Positions 21,633-31,167 of a stretch of 64,000 nt of DNA are shown here, piece by piece. Source of the DNA: Trichormus sp. ATA11-4-KO1 (GTDB lineage: Bacteria > Cyanobacteriota > Cyanobacteriia > Cyanobacteriales > Nostocaceae); assembly GCA_019358915.1 (NCBI GenBank), contig JAHHIM010000036.1, forward strand, positions 416,001 to 480,000, read 5' to 3'. Under the pieces are notes generated by a model. It did no database searches and was not told the origin of the DNA. It was given only the letters and a program-made list of their open reading frames with translations. Position 1 is the stretch's first letter; the number at the start of each line of letters is the position of its first letter. Both the position numbers and the translations under genes were made by a program.

Positions 21633-21707
21633 AGTGCTGAGAAGCCAGTGCCGCCTTGGGAGTTCCTTCATGGATAAGTGGCGTGGCTGGTATTTAAACT
21701 CAGCACT
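21633..21707. repeat. Small structured dispersed repeat enclosed by AGTGCTGAG/CTCAGCACT inverted repeats
   Basis: Minus strand ACGCCACTTATCCATGAAGGAACTCCCAAGGCGGCACTGGCT resembles the inserts at 38325 and 50975. Confidence 0.55.
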
Positions 21708-21729
21708 TTTCATAATTAAATTGCAGTTT

Positions 21730-22461
21730 TTAGCTATCTAAACGCAGCAAATTTGGCTCTTCCCATGAATCTGTTATTACTGGTAGTTGATTAATTTGTT
21801 GTTCTTCTAAAGTGAGTTGCAAAGCATTTGCCAAAGTCCAACTACGAGATCCCATCAGACTCATTTCCCCACATAGCACATTTACCAACTGCGGCAGATT
21901 GTCTAAATCATATTTACGCATCAAATGTCCTAGAGGTGTGATATTTTGCTTTTTAGTTGTGCAAAACTTGATTGCTCGAAAAAGTTTGCCTCTTTCTCCA
22001 ACATGCCACTCACGAGTAAAAACTGACCCTGGTGTGTCAATCTGTATTAGTACAAATAATGCCAGCATTACTGGACTCATTAATACTAGTAAGATTAATG
22101 CTGCAATCCAGTCAATTAGTCGCTGCCATCGGTTACCATGTCTAGGCTGTTTATTACTAGAAGGTATGCGGAGAAATACAGGCTTACGAGCTTTTTCACA
22201 GGCCTCTATCCAAAGTTTTAGCGCATCTTCACCAATGTTTGGATCTATACTTACCACACTAACTAAAGAATGTTTTAAACAATTGACTAATAATTGCTCG
22301 TTATTCAAAGAAGGCAGATATGGCTGTTTTACTTGTCCGGAAGATTTTACTAACAGCTGACCCCGGCGCCATTGGAGTGTGCAGTATGGGAAGCGATTAT
22401 TTTGGTGTTGCTGAGTCGTGGGATAGGAATTCTGTAGAGCAGGAATTAATGAGCTTGTCAT
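21730..22461 (-). CDS. hepC: HepC, bacterial sugar transferase-like protein
   Basis: CTLQWRRGQL N-terminus, RLIDWIAA..TM..PG, VGERGKLF, LDNLPQLVNVLCGEMSL; upstream of hepA. Confidence 0.85.
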   Translation of the reverse strand: MTSSLIPALQNSYPTTQQHQNNRFPYCTLQWRRGQLLVKSSGQVKQPYLPSLNNEQLLVNCLKHSLVSVVSIDPNIGEDALKLWIEACEKARKPVFLRIPSSNKQPRHGNRWQRLIDWIAALILLVLMSPVMLALFVLIQIDTPGSVFTREWHVGERGKLFRAIKFCTTKKQNITPLGHLMRKYDLDNLPQLVNVLCGEMSLMGSRSWTLANALQLTLEEQQINQLPVITDSWEEPNLLRLDS

Positions 22462-23165
22462 AGGTCTTTGGATCTATACAATAGTGAATTGTTGAGTTGA
22501 TATTGAAGGCTATCAATGCCAAAGACTCCGAACCAAATTTTGTTTTGTTCCAAAAATCTGTAAATGATTGCGTGCAAAAAGATATTCTTTTAAATTGCAC
22601 TCCAGGCAAGTCCGCATCTGGGAACTTTCTGCCGATGGAAAGATGTACAAACAAGAAAGATACTAAGCAGATAAGTAGCAATAAACATATTGGGAAAGCT
22701 GGTTGGAGATGGTGGTTTCTCTCTGATAATTAGGGATTGTGGATAAGTGCAGAGGAAAATTATTCTGACACTCCAACTCTACACCTACGTTTAGTTGCAA
22801 CTATCTTTTTTGCGATCAATCTCACAAAATCAGTTCACTTTTGTCTTTAAGCCGTTTAGAGAGGACTTTAATCTCTAGGATATAAGACTCTGTAGAAATG
22901 ACTATATGTTGAGATAGATTCTTTATTTAGTCTTTAAAGAGCTAGTTGTTTTTCTAGTTGATTATAAAGATGCCATAAATATACTGATTTTTAAGTATTA
23001 GTAATTCAATAAAAATTGGCTAATAAAAAATAGCGATCGCCACTAATAAAATTGCCAAAAACATATGTGCGATCGCATACCAACAAGCGCGATCGCACAT
23101 CAGATAAAATTTCAGACTTTGGTCTTATTTTAGTGTCATTCCCAATATCCAAAGTCAACCATTAG

Positions 23166-25394
23166 TTATTTTTCCACCGCTTGTTGCAGTGCAAATTGCG
23201 ACGACTTGGGATACTGTACATAGGTACTGCCATCAGATACTCCATTAGCCACAACACCAATGAGGTTTAACCTACTCAGCATGGCTGTAGCTTGAGCTAG
23301 CTGGCTGCGAGTTACCTTACTCATACTCGCCGCTAACACCACACTCCGACAAGATGATGCTGTAAGTATGGCATCCACCAAACCAATAACTGGCGGAGCA
23401 TCAACGAGTACCAAATCATAGTTCTCCTCAAATGCGGTCATCAATTGCATCATGCGTGGAGAACTTAAAAGATTTGCTGGGTCAACAGGTTTAGGCCCGG
23501 CTGTCAAAATATCAATATAGGCTGAGCCTAAAGTTTGGATACCAATCTGGTTGGGTAAAGTAATATCACTGGCCAAGAGAGTGGAAAGCCCTTGCTCATT
23601 TGGCAAATTCAGCTGTTCGTGGAGGCTAGGTTCTCGCAAGTTGGCATCAATCAATAGTACCCGTTTGTGTAAACGCGCCGCACTCATAGCCAAACCCAAT
23701 GCCAAAGCTGACTTACCCTCATCTGGTAAAGCCGAGGTAATCATCAAAGACTTCAAGCTGGGAACAGAATTTAAAAGTTCAATATTTTTGAAGATTAAAT
23801 CCAGCGATTCCCAACGCGGTGGGGATTGCAACACCTGAATTGTCCAAGGCGCGAGGACTTCTGGCTTACCAAAAGGCAACTTAATGATTGATTCTCTGGT
23901 GTTAGTAGATGGCAGTTTGGGAGTAGTTCCCAACAACGGCAAAGGTACCTGTTTTTCTAATTCAGCAGTGGTGTGAACAGCATCATCAGATGCTTCCCGA
24001 ATAAAAGCAGCAATACCTCCTAACATCAACCCAACTACAGCACCTAACAACAGATTCTGCTGAAGATTGGGGCCCAACTTCATACCTAATAGTGGTTCTT
24101 CCACAACTTCCCAATTAAATCCACCCTTGGCAAGTTCCTGGCGCAATTTCTGTTCGGCTCGCAATAGCTCTTCTAACCTTTCGCGGCTAAATTGTAGCTG
24201 TGGCATGATGCGATTGTAGTAAGCCAACAGAGGCGGAAAGCGTTTGATTTCAAAACGTAGCTCATTTTCCTTCTGTGCCAAAGTTTGATCACGGGCACTT
24301 AAAGCCACTATAGTTGTTTGCGTCTCCACTAACTGACCAGCAAGGCTGAGGTCAATTTCACCGAATTGTCCTTGTTCCAGCAGAGGTACTTTGGAAGAAA
24401 TAACACCACTAGACTGTACGCCCAAAGTCCTCCCTACCTCTTGTTGTAATAATTCCTTCTGGCTTTGCAGTTGTTCTTGGAGCTTTTGTACACTGGGAGT
24501 TTCATCCGTGAAACGTAAGCGTTCCTGAGCTAGTGCCAGTTCTGTTTTTTGAATTTCGTTAAGTAAGCCTTGGTAGCGAGTAGACTGACTCAGGCGAGAA
24601 GCAACCAGGGCATTTTGAGGAGAACGGTTAAGTTGTTCTTGCAAAGATTTTTGGCGCGCCAAAGCCTCTTGATATTGAGAACGGGTATCACGGCGTTCCT
24701 GCTCAATCTTGTTTAAAGCATCCTCTAGAGCTTTTGCTTGTAATTCAGGATCAATTAAATTTTGGTTGCGGCGAAATCGTTGTAAGTTTGTCTCAGAAGC
24801 ATTGACTTCTTCACTGGCTTTACTCAACTGTTCCCTGATAACTTGTAAACCTTTTTGTAACCGTGAATCTTGCTGTTGTTTGTTATATTCCACATAAACT
24901 TGCCGAATCGCAGCCAGAACTTTTTGGGTCTTCTCGGGATCTCTGGCAGTATAGTCTACTTGAAAAATTTTCGTAGCTACATTGTCTTCTTTAGTCCTGA
25001 TTTGATTGAGGACTAAAGATTGCTTGATTTCATTGACAGTGATATCCGGATACTCAAGCTGAAGTTTTTCAACTGCCTTTTGGATGAGGCCAGAACTTTG
25101 CATCAAGTTAAGTTGAGTTGCTGTGTCTATCTGAATATCAGGCTCAATAAACTGACTGTCTGCGCCTCCTTCTCTTTTACCTTGATAGTTAGGTTCGACA
25201 AGCAGCTGCATTGAGCTTCTATAAGTAGGTTGAGTTCTAGAAGTTACAAAAGCTGCAATAGCGATCGCACTAATAAATACTCCTAAAAACCAAGGAAATC
25301 TGCGAATAAATATTTTAAACAGTTGTCCGTAACTTGGTTCTGTATTAGAGTTATCAACTGAATTTATACCGGGAGCGAGAGTAGCTTGACTCAT
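23166..25394 (-). CDS. Wzc/GumC-like polysaccharide co-polymerase with BY-kinase-like domain
   Basis: Two TM segments flanking a coiled-coil domain; SALPDEGKS, LLIDAN, LVDAPP. Confidence 0.9.
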   Translation of the reverse strand: MSQATLAPGINSVDNSNTEPSYGQLFKIFIRRFPWFLGVFISAIAIAAFVTSRTQPTYRSSMQLLVEPNYQGKREGGADSQFIEPDIQIDTATQLNLMQSSGLIQKAVEKLQLEYPDITVNEIKQSLVLNQIRTKEDNVATKIFQVDYTARDPEKTQKVLAAIRQVYVEYNKQQQDSRLQKGLQVIREQLSKASEEVNASETNLQRFRRNQNLIDPELQAKALEDALNKIEQERRDTRSQYQEALARQKSLQEQLNRSPQNALVASRLSQSTRYQGLLNEIQKTELALAQERLRFTDETPSVQKLQEQLQSQKELLQQEVGRTLGVQSSGVISSKVPLLEQGQFGEIDLSLAGQLVETQTTIVALSARDQTLAQKENELRFEIKRFPPLLAYYNRIMPQLQFSRERLEELLRAEQKLRQELAKGGFNWEVVEEPLLGMKLGPNLQQNLLLGAVVGLMLGGIAAFIREASDDAVHTTAELEKQVPLPLLGTTPKLPSTNTRESIIKLPFGKPEVLAPWTIQVLQSPPRWESLDLIFKNIELLNSVPSLKSLMITSALPDEGKSALALGLAMSAARLHKRVLLIDANLREPSLHEQLNLPNEQGLSTLLASDITLPNQIGIQTLGSAYIDILTAGPKPVDPANLLSSPRMMQLMTAFEENYDLVLVDAPPVIGLVDAILTASSCRSVVLAASMSKVTRSQLAQATAMLSRLNLIGVVANGVSDGSTYVQYPKSSQFALQQAVEK

Positions 25395-25539
25395 AATTTA
25401 TTATCCTTCTCTGCAAGATAGCTAATACCAATTCGTAATTAAGAATCACAAATTAAGAAAGTCAGACTGCATCTAGGTTTCTACCTTTTGTATCTGTCGC
25501 ATAGTTTTTTAAAATTGGTATAACAAACCACAAAAATGA

Positions 25540-26628
25540 TTAATAGATACCACAAGTTTGGTCAATAAGTTGCTCAACCTTGCGAAAGAATACAGGTTCC
25601 GAAAAATTGTTCACTGCATGACTACGAATATTTTCATAATTCCAAGCGATTCCTCCGGACTCTATTAATGCAGCTTGTAGAGATTCGGGTGTTTGTCGCT
25701 TAAAAAATACTCCTGTTTTCCGGTGTATTTGAGTATCTAATACTCCACCTGCTCCATAGGCGATGACAGGTGTGCCACTAGCATTTGCCTCGACTGGAAC
25801 TAATCCATAGTCTTCTAAGGCAGCAACTATAACAGACTTAGCTTTAGAAAATAAATCTTTGCGTTTAGCATCACTGACGTGCCCTAAAAACTCAATATTA
25901 TCTAATGCTTTAGATTTTAAACGCTCTTGTTCTGGCCCATCCCCTGATATTAATAATCGCCAACCTAACCAATTAAAGGCCTCGATAATTATATCCAACC
26001 GCTTATAGCTGATCATCCGAGCCGAGGCTAGATAGTATTCATCCTTTATATCTGAAAATACAAAATTATTTGTATCAATTGGATAGTTAATCACAATTGA
26101 TTGTTTGTTGTATATTTTTTGAATACGGCGGGCGACAACACTGGAGTTAGCAATGTAAAGGTCTGGTTCTTGAGCATATTTTAGGTCTATATTTCTCATT
26201 AACTGGAACACTTGTTCAATTAATGGAGCAAAGTATCGATAGTCTCCATACTCCCGTAAATACGTTTCCGTATCCCACAGAAACCGGGTAACATTATGAC
26301 AAAAACAAATGTGTTTAGCATCTGGATGTTTGCGTACTGCTTTGGCAAAACTGGTGCTACTACTAATAATTAGATCGTAGTCCTGTAAATCTAAAGACCT
26401 AAAAGCAGGAAAATATAAGGGAGCCATCAATCTAAAATACTTTGCTGCACCAGGAATTTTTTGCAAAAAAGTAGTTTTGACTATACGCTCACCCATATCA
26501 ATAGTTTTTTGCGGATTGTATAAAGATGTGAAAATATCCGCTTGGGGGTAGCGTTTACAAAGTAATTCAAATACCCGCTCTGCTCCACCGCGTTGGGTTA
26601 AGTAATCATGGACTAGAGCAATTTTCAT
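25540..26628 (-). CDS. Glycosyltransferase family 4
   Basis: KIALVHDYLTQRGGAERV, EDYGLVPVEANASGTPVIA. Confidence 0.93.
   Translation of the reverse strand: MKIALVHDYLTQRGGAERVFELLCKRYPQADIFTSLYNPQKTIDMGERIVKTTFLQKIPGAAKYFRLMAPLYFPAFRSLDLQDYDLIISSSTSFAKAVRKHPDAKHICFCHNVTRFLWDTETYLREYGDYRYFAPLIEQVFQLMRNIDLKYAQEPDLYIANSSVVARRIQKIYNKQSIVINYPIDTNNFVFSDIKDEYYLASARMISYKRLDIIIEAFNWLGWRLLISGDGPEQERLKSKALDNIEFLGHVSDAKRKDLFSKAKSVIVAALEDYGLVPVEANASGTPVIAYGAGGVLDTQIHRKTGVFFKRQTPESLQAALIESGGIAWNYENIRSHAVNNFSEPVFFRKVEQLIDQTCGIY
25631..25659 (-). promoter_or_regulatory. Putative DIF1-type heterocyst promoter inside the GT4 gene, pointing to the wzc-like gene
   Basis: Minus strand TCCGGA-N18-GAAAA, the same architecture as at 36108-36136. 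Confidence 0.55.
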
Positions 26629-26674
26629 AATTCGTAGTTCGTAATTCGTAATTCGTAATTCGTAATTCGTAATT
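26624..26674. repeat. Heptamer tandem repeat (TTCGTAA)n abutting the GT4 start codon
   Basis: ttcataa ttcgtag (ttcgtaa)x5. Confidence 0.92.
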
Positions 26675-26860
26675 AAGACAAGAAAGTATTGGTGATGTTG
26701 AGTTTTTTTCTGCGACTTAATCTATACCAGTTCTACTCAGAGACTTTCACACCTATCCCCTATCACCTGTTATCTTTGTTGCAGATTCCCCCTAACTCTT
26801 GTTGATGGAGTTAGAGGGATCAAATTCTTAACAGAATGTGTTGATCTAGAAATACTGATG

Positions 26861-28174
26861 CTACCCAACGGCTGCTAGAACTTTTTCTGATGCAAAATAA
26901 GTGTTTTGTTCAGCGCGTAGTTGGTCACAAAGTCTACCTTCAGGCAACTCTACATCATCGTAAGTCAGGACTTGATCCTGAGGAATATCTCGTTTTAGGC
27001 GACATCCTTCAGCTAAACCGATTGGGAGTAGTTTTTGCTCTTGAACGATGGGGGAATTTTCACATTGCCCATAAGTCATGTAGTAGCCAATACCATCTAA
27101 GGTTTCCCCAGCTTTCAGATTAATTTTAGCGGTGGTGACTACATCTACTACTGGCCCTGCTAGTGGAGACAAGACAGTATCCTGGAACAGGACAGCACGA
27201 GCAACAGATAATGGCACTTCAAAATGACACAGGTGATAGGGAGTATAGAAGCTATATAGAGGGCCTTCACCTAACTTGTATAAGTCTAGATAGTGGCGTT
27301 GCTTGGGGTCTTGATGAGTGGCAAATACAAATACACCGGGGCTAGGTTTAGCACCAACTACATAATCAACAATGCCACCTAATTCATGGAGTTGTTCAAC
27401 ATCGTACATGTGGGTCATTTCATCAACATGACCACGGAAGTCGTATCCTAGCATTCCGCGCTGGGCGACTTTCATACCTGTAGCGTTGGCAACGATCGCT
27501 TGCTCGAAGGAAATTTTTGTCCCGTCGGCAAAGCTGGTTACCATGTGGGCTTTTTGACCCCAACGTTTAGCAAATCCTGCTTGGGTCGTAGGATTGCGAT
27601 AGGGGTCTTGAAGTCCTTTAATGTTACCGCACAATAATGGAGTCAGACCAATACTTTTGACAAATCGGTAGAGATTCATTTCTACCCCTGGCTGATCACC
27701 ATCACAGGCGCTGAGAATGACTCCGGCTTTGTCGGCGTATACTTTTAGGATGGGGCCAATAGTAGCGTCGAGTTCGGCATTCATCATAATCACATGTTTG
27801 CGATGAGCGATCGCCTCCATAACTACATGAGCGCCAAATTCTACTGCACCGGTGACTTCGATGATGGCATCAATTCCCTCTGCTTGGCAGAGTAATTGGA
27901 CATCTTCGGTGACTGCATATTTATGGTTGGCGATCGCGTCTTCTAATTCAGTTACAGTTGTCACAACTTGCATATTTTCTAGCCCCGCTTCTGTATAAGC
28001 TCGTTTAGCTGCATCAACCTGACGGCTAAAAATAGCAACTAACTCCATTCCGGGAACTGAATTAATAATCTGATTAGCAATCCCTCGACCCATAAAACCA
28101 GCACCAATCATCCCCACTTTCACTGGATTACCTGCTGCGGCGCGGGCTTGTAAGGCACGATCAATAATAATCAT
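26861..28174 (-). CDS. NAD(P)-dependent oxidoreductase with C-terminal SAF domain
   Basis: GMIGAGFMG Rossmann motif, DGDQPG, FADGTK, LDGIG...LPIGL SAF-like tail. Confidence 0.85.
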   Translation of the reverse strand: MIIIDRALQARAAAGNPVKVGMIGAGFMGRGIANQIINSVPGMELVAIFSRQVDAAKRAYTEAGLENMQVVTTVTELEDAIANHKYAVTEDVQLLCQAEGIDAIIEVTGAVEFGAHVVMEAIAHRKHVIMMNAELDATIGPILKVYADKAGVILSACDGDQPGVEMNLYRFVKSIGLTPLLCGNIKGLQDPYRNPTTQAGFAKRWGQKAHMVTSFADGTKISFEQAIVANATGMKVAQRGMLGYDFRGHVDEMTHMYDVEQLHELGGIVDYVVGAKPSPGVFVFATHQDPKQRHYLDLYKLGEGPLYSFYTPYHLCHFEVPLSVARAVLFQDTVLSPLAGPVVDVVTTAKINLKAGETLDGIGYYMTYGQCENSPIVQEQKLLPIGLAEGCRLKRDIPQDQVLTYDDVELPEGRLCDQLRAEQNTYFASEKVLAAVG

Positions 28175-28236
28175 TAGTTAAATTCCTGTATTAATTCTAG
28201 TTTGAGCAAGAAATTTCCGAACCCCGGTTTCTCAAC

Positions 28237-28812
28237 TCATGAATGATTGAGCATTGATATAGAATCTGCACAACCAACGGGGATCATTTCTAATAAAGTC
28301 CAATTTAAGTCTTTCTCAGAAATTTCAGTTACTGCTAGAGGCCATTCAATATTAAAAAACGGGTCATCATAGCGTAATCCTCGTTCATATCCTGGTGTAT
28401 AAAATTCACCCACTTGATACATTACCTCAGCATCATCTGTGAGAGTTTGATAACCGTGGGCAAACATTTCTGGTACATACAAAGCCCGGTGATTTTCTGC
28501 GGTTAATTCCACACCAATATGTGATAAAAAAGTCGGCGATTCAGGACGCATATCAATAATTACGTCATAGATAGCGCCTTTGGTACAGCGCACTAATTTT
28601 GTTTCTGCGGCTGGAGAAACTTGATAATGCATTCCCCTCACAGTGCCTTTTTTGTGGTTGAAAGAAATATTACATTGGGCAACTGTGGGCTTCAAACCAT
28701 GTGCCACAAATTCTTGAGCGCAGAAACCACGGGCAAAAAAACCGCGATGATCTGGCTTTTTTTCTACGTCAATAATGAGTGCGTCTTGGAGTGCAGTGGT
28801 GGTAAAAATCAT
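28237..28812 (-). CDS. rfbC: NDP-4-keto-6-deoxyhexose 3,5-epimerase (RmlC family)
   Basis: DHRGFF, GTVRGMHYQ, KLVRC, FAHGYQTL, ISEKD. Confidence 0.92.
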   Translation of the reverse strand: MIFTTTALQDALIIDVEKKPDHRGFFARGFCAQEFVAHGLKPTVAQCNISFNHKKGTVRGMHYQVSPAAETKLVRCTKGAIYDVIIDMRPESPTFLSHIGVELTAENHRALYVPEMFAHGYQTLTDDAEVMYQVGEFYTPGYERGLRYDDPFFNIEWPLAVTEISEKDLNWTLLEMIPVGCADSISMLNHS

Positions 28813-28970
28813 AGAAATTATCAGTATTTAACTAAGGAAGAAGGACGAAGTGATAACTTTAAGGGAGTTAGACACGCAGTTGATTATTGCTAAAGAAGTA
28901 AAATTACTTGCCCCTGAAATGTTTGATTCTGCTTTAAAAGAGGTTGATGAAATGTAGCGTATTCTAGTAT

Positions 28971-29846
28971 CTACTCTGCAAAAACTGCCACGATAGCCCT
29001 TCCTTCTTCCTTAAGCCCTATCCTTTCATCAACTTCTCTGTTTAAATTTGGTCTAGGATATGTATTATCCCAGTAATGAGTACAAAGTTCTGGACGCTTG
29101 GGAGGGTTGGCAGTATAGACAAAAAACAGTGTTGACCGTTCTTCAGTGCGGAGAGTACCATGATGTAAAATTCGTCTGGTATCAGCAAAAATAACAGTAC
29201 CGGCTGGACCTGGACAAGACTTCCACGCGGATTTTGGGACAATTTTATTTAGCGTTTGATCATCAATTCCTCCTAAGTTTTTAATTTGGCGTTTAATTCG
29301 ATAAGCTTGTGATCGGGAAATTAAAGATATTGGCACATATTCAAAAGGCCCATGTTTTTCCTCCACATCATTTAAGTAGACAATAATTTTGAGAACTCGG
29401 CGGTCTTCTATATCTCTATGCCATAGTAATGTTTGAAACTGCTCTGTGTTGGCAAAGTCTTTGCGTAAATGTACACCATGATAAGCAACGGGAAGACCAA
29501 TGTAATTTTCGATAATGTTGAACAGCCTTTGTTCTCTTCCCCAGTTATAGAATGCTGGTAAATCTGTAACTATGTAAATTTCTGGCGGATTTTGGCTGGA
29601 ACTGCTATAGTTAGCTGCTCCCATACTTGGCAATAGACTGTAAGCAGAATTGAGTAATTGTGAGGTGGAAGTTAATCCTAACTCTGTGAGGTTTGTAATG
29701 TGAATTCCGTCACGTTTAATCGAGTCAAGAATTATGCGATCGCTTGCTGCTAATACAGGCAATTTTTTTCCATGTTGCCAAGATGATACTCTGTAATTTA
29801 ACTCTGATTTTAGGGAAAACAACTTGTCACCAACATTAGTAAACAT
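28971..29846 (-). CDS. Putative 2OG-Fe(II) dioxygenase (PhyH-like)
   Basis: WHRD (HxD), YLNDV...GPFEYVP, GPAGTVIFAD..LHHG. Confidence 0.7.
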   Translation of the reverse strand: MFTNVGDKLFSLKSELNYRVSSWQHGKKLPVLAASDRIILDSIKRDGIHITNLTELGLTSTSQLLNSAYSLLPSMGAANYSSSSQNPPEIYIVTDLPAFYNWGREQRLFNIIENYIGLPVAYHGVHLRKDFANTEQFQTLLWHRDIEDRRVLKIIVYLNDVEEKHGPFEYVPISLISRSQAYRIKRQIKNLGGIDDQTLNKIVPKSAWKSCPGPAGTVIFADTRRILHHGTLRTEERSTLFFVYTANPPKRPELCTHYWDNTYPRPNLNREVDERIGLKEEGRAIVAVFAE

Positions 29847-29884
29847 GGTGTAATTGAGGTTTGAATTGTGTATGTCAGTTGTTA

Positions 29885-31033
29885 TTAATTTCTTACTTCT
29901 GCTACTTGCGCCACATTTTCCCCTGCTTCAACTCCCAATACAGGAATTTCTCGTGGTTGAAAATATGCAAGTTGCATAAACTGCTGAATTTGAGCTTGGC
30001 TCTTTTGCTTCATGTCATAGCCTTGTTGCCATGCTTTTGTCCAATCAACTATCCAAGCTAAGGCTGTTGCTAAGTCTAATTGGGGTTCCCAGTTGATTTG
30101 CGTCCGAGCTTTAGAACAATCCAAGGTTAAATAATTGGCTTCGTGGGGTTGAACTCTACTATCTTTAGTCCAAGTAGCATCTTTACCCCAAAACTGTTTG
30201 AGTTGTTCAACTACCCAAAATACTGTTTTTACTCCTGACTCATCCGGCCCAAAATTCCAACCTCCGTTGTAAAGTGAACCTTGAGTAAATAGTTTTTCTG
30301 CCAGCATTAAGTAACCATTGAGTGGTTCCAAAACATGCTGCCAAGGTCGGACGGCTTGGGGATTTCTAATCACTACTTCTTTTCCTGCCAGCCAAGCGTT
30401 GAGAATATCAGGAATTAGACGGTCTTTAGCCCAATCTCCGCCACCAATCACATTGCCGGCGCGAACAGTGGCTATAGCTACCCCATGTTGTCCGTAATCA
30501 GCAGGATTGAAAAAAGATTGACGATAAGCTGTTGCAACTAACTCAGCACATCCTTTACTACTGCTGTAAGGGTCATATCCTCCCATAGGATCACTTTCCC
30601 GGTAGCCCCAAACCCATTCCCGATTTTCATAACATTTATCGGAGGTGATGCTGACTACAGCTCTGACGCTAGATACAGACCGTACTGCTTCCAACACATT
30701 CACCGTACCCATGATATTGACAGCATAGGTATCTACTGGGTTGTGATAAGATTCCCGCACCAATGCTTGAGCTGCCATATGAATGACGATATCTGGTTGG
30801 TAGGATTGCATTACTTGCTTGAGCAAGTTTAAATCTTTGATATCGCCTACTACTGATGTCATTCCATGAGCAACGTTAGCTAACTCAAACAAACTGGGAG
30901 ATGTTGGGGGAGCTAAAGCATAACCAATCACCTCAGCCCCTAACATTTGTAACCATAGAGATAACCAACTGCCTTTAAAGCCTGTATGTCCTGTAACAAA
31001 AACTTTTTTTCCCGTCCAAAAATTCGCTGACAT
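29885..31033 (-). CDS. rfbG: CDP-glucose 4,6-dehydratase
   Basis: VTGHTGFKGSWL, TSDKCY, YSSSK, RAGNVIGGGDW, RPWQHV; start reset to MSANFW. Confidence 0.93.
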   Translation of the reverse strand: MSANFWTGKKVFVTGHTGFKGSWLSLWLQMLGAEVIGYALAPPTSPSLFELANVAHGMTSVVGDIKDLNLLKQVMQSYQPDIVIHMAAQALVRESYHNPVDTYAVNIMGTVNVLEAVRSVSSVRAVVSITSDKCYENREWVWGYRESDPMGGYDPYSSSKGCAELVATAYRQSFFNPADYGQHGVAIATVRAGNVIGGGDWAKDRLIPDILNAWLAGKEVVIRNPQAVRPWQHVLEPLNGYLMLAEKLFTQGSLYNGGWNFGPDESGVKTVFWVVEQLKQFWGKDATWTKDSRVQPHEANYLTLDCSKARTQINWEPQLDLATALAWIVDWTKAWQQGYDMKQKSQAQIQQFMQLAYFQPREIPVLGVEAGENVAQVAEVRN

Positions 31034-31086
31034 CACCACACCTTCAATTTTGCTTGACCAGAATTCCACATTTTTTCGAGAGACTG

Positions 31087-31167
31087 TGGGGGAGTGGGGA
31101 GATGGGGGGAAAGAACTTATATTAGTAATCTCCCCTTGTCCCCTTGTCTCCTTGTCCCCTCTCCCTA
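31087..31167. repeat. Opposed G-rich / C-rich short tandem repeats between rfbF and rfbG
   Basis: gggggagtggggagatgggggg and tccccttgtccccttgtctccttgtcccc. Confidence 0.7.

Noticed and set aside
22336..22341. TCCGGA within hepC (also at 25045, 32781, 45250, 58668)
   Set aside because: All intragenic; the first three lack G(T/A)ANA at 18 nt on the coding strand and the last two lie in unrelated genes, so they are compatible with chance
21812..22360. 182-aa plus-strand ORF
   Set aside because: Antisense to hepC; no independent coding signal
26624..26674. Possible CRISPR array
   Set aside because: 7-bp tandem units with no spacers and no cas genes
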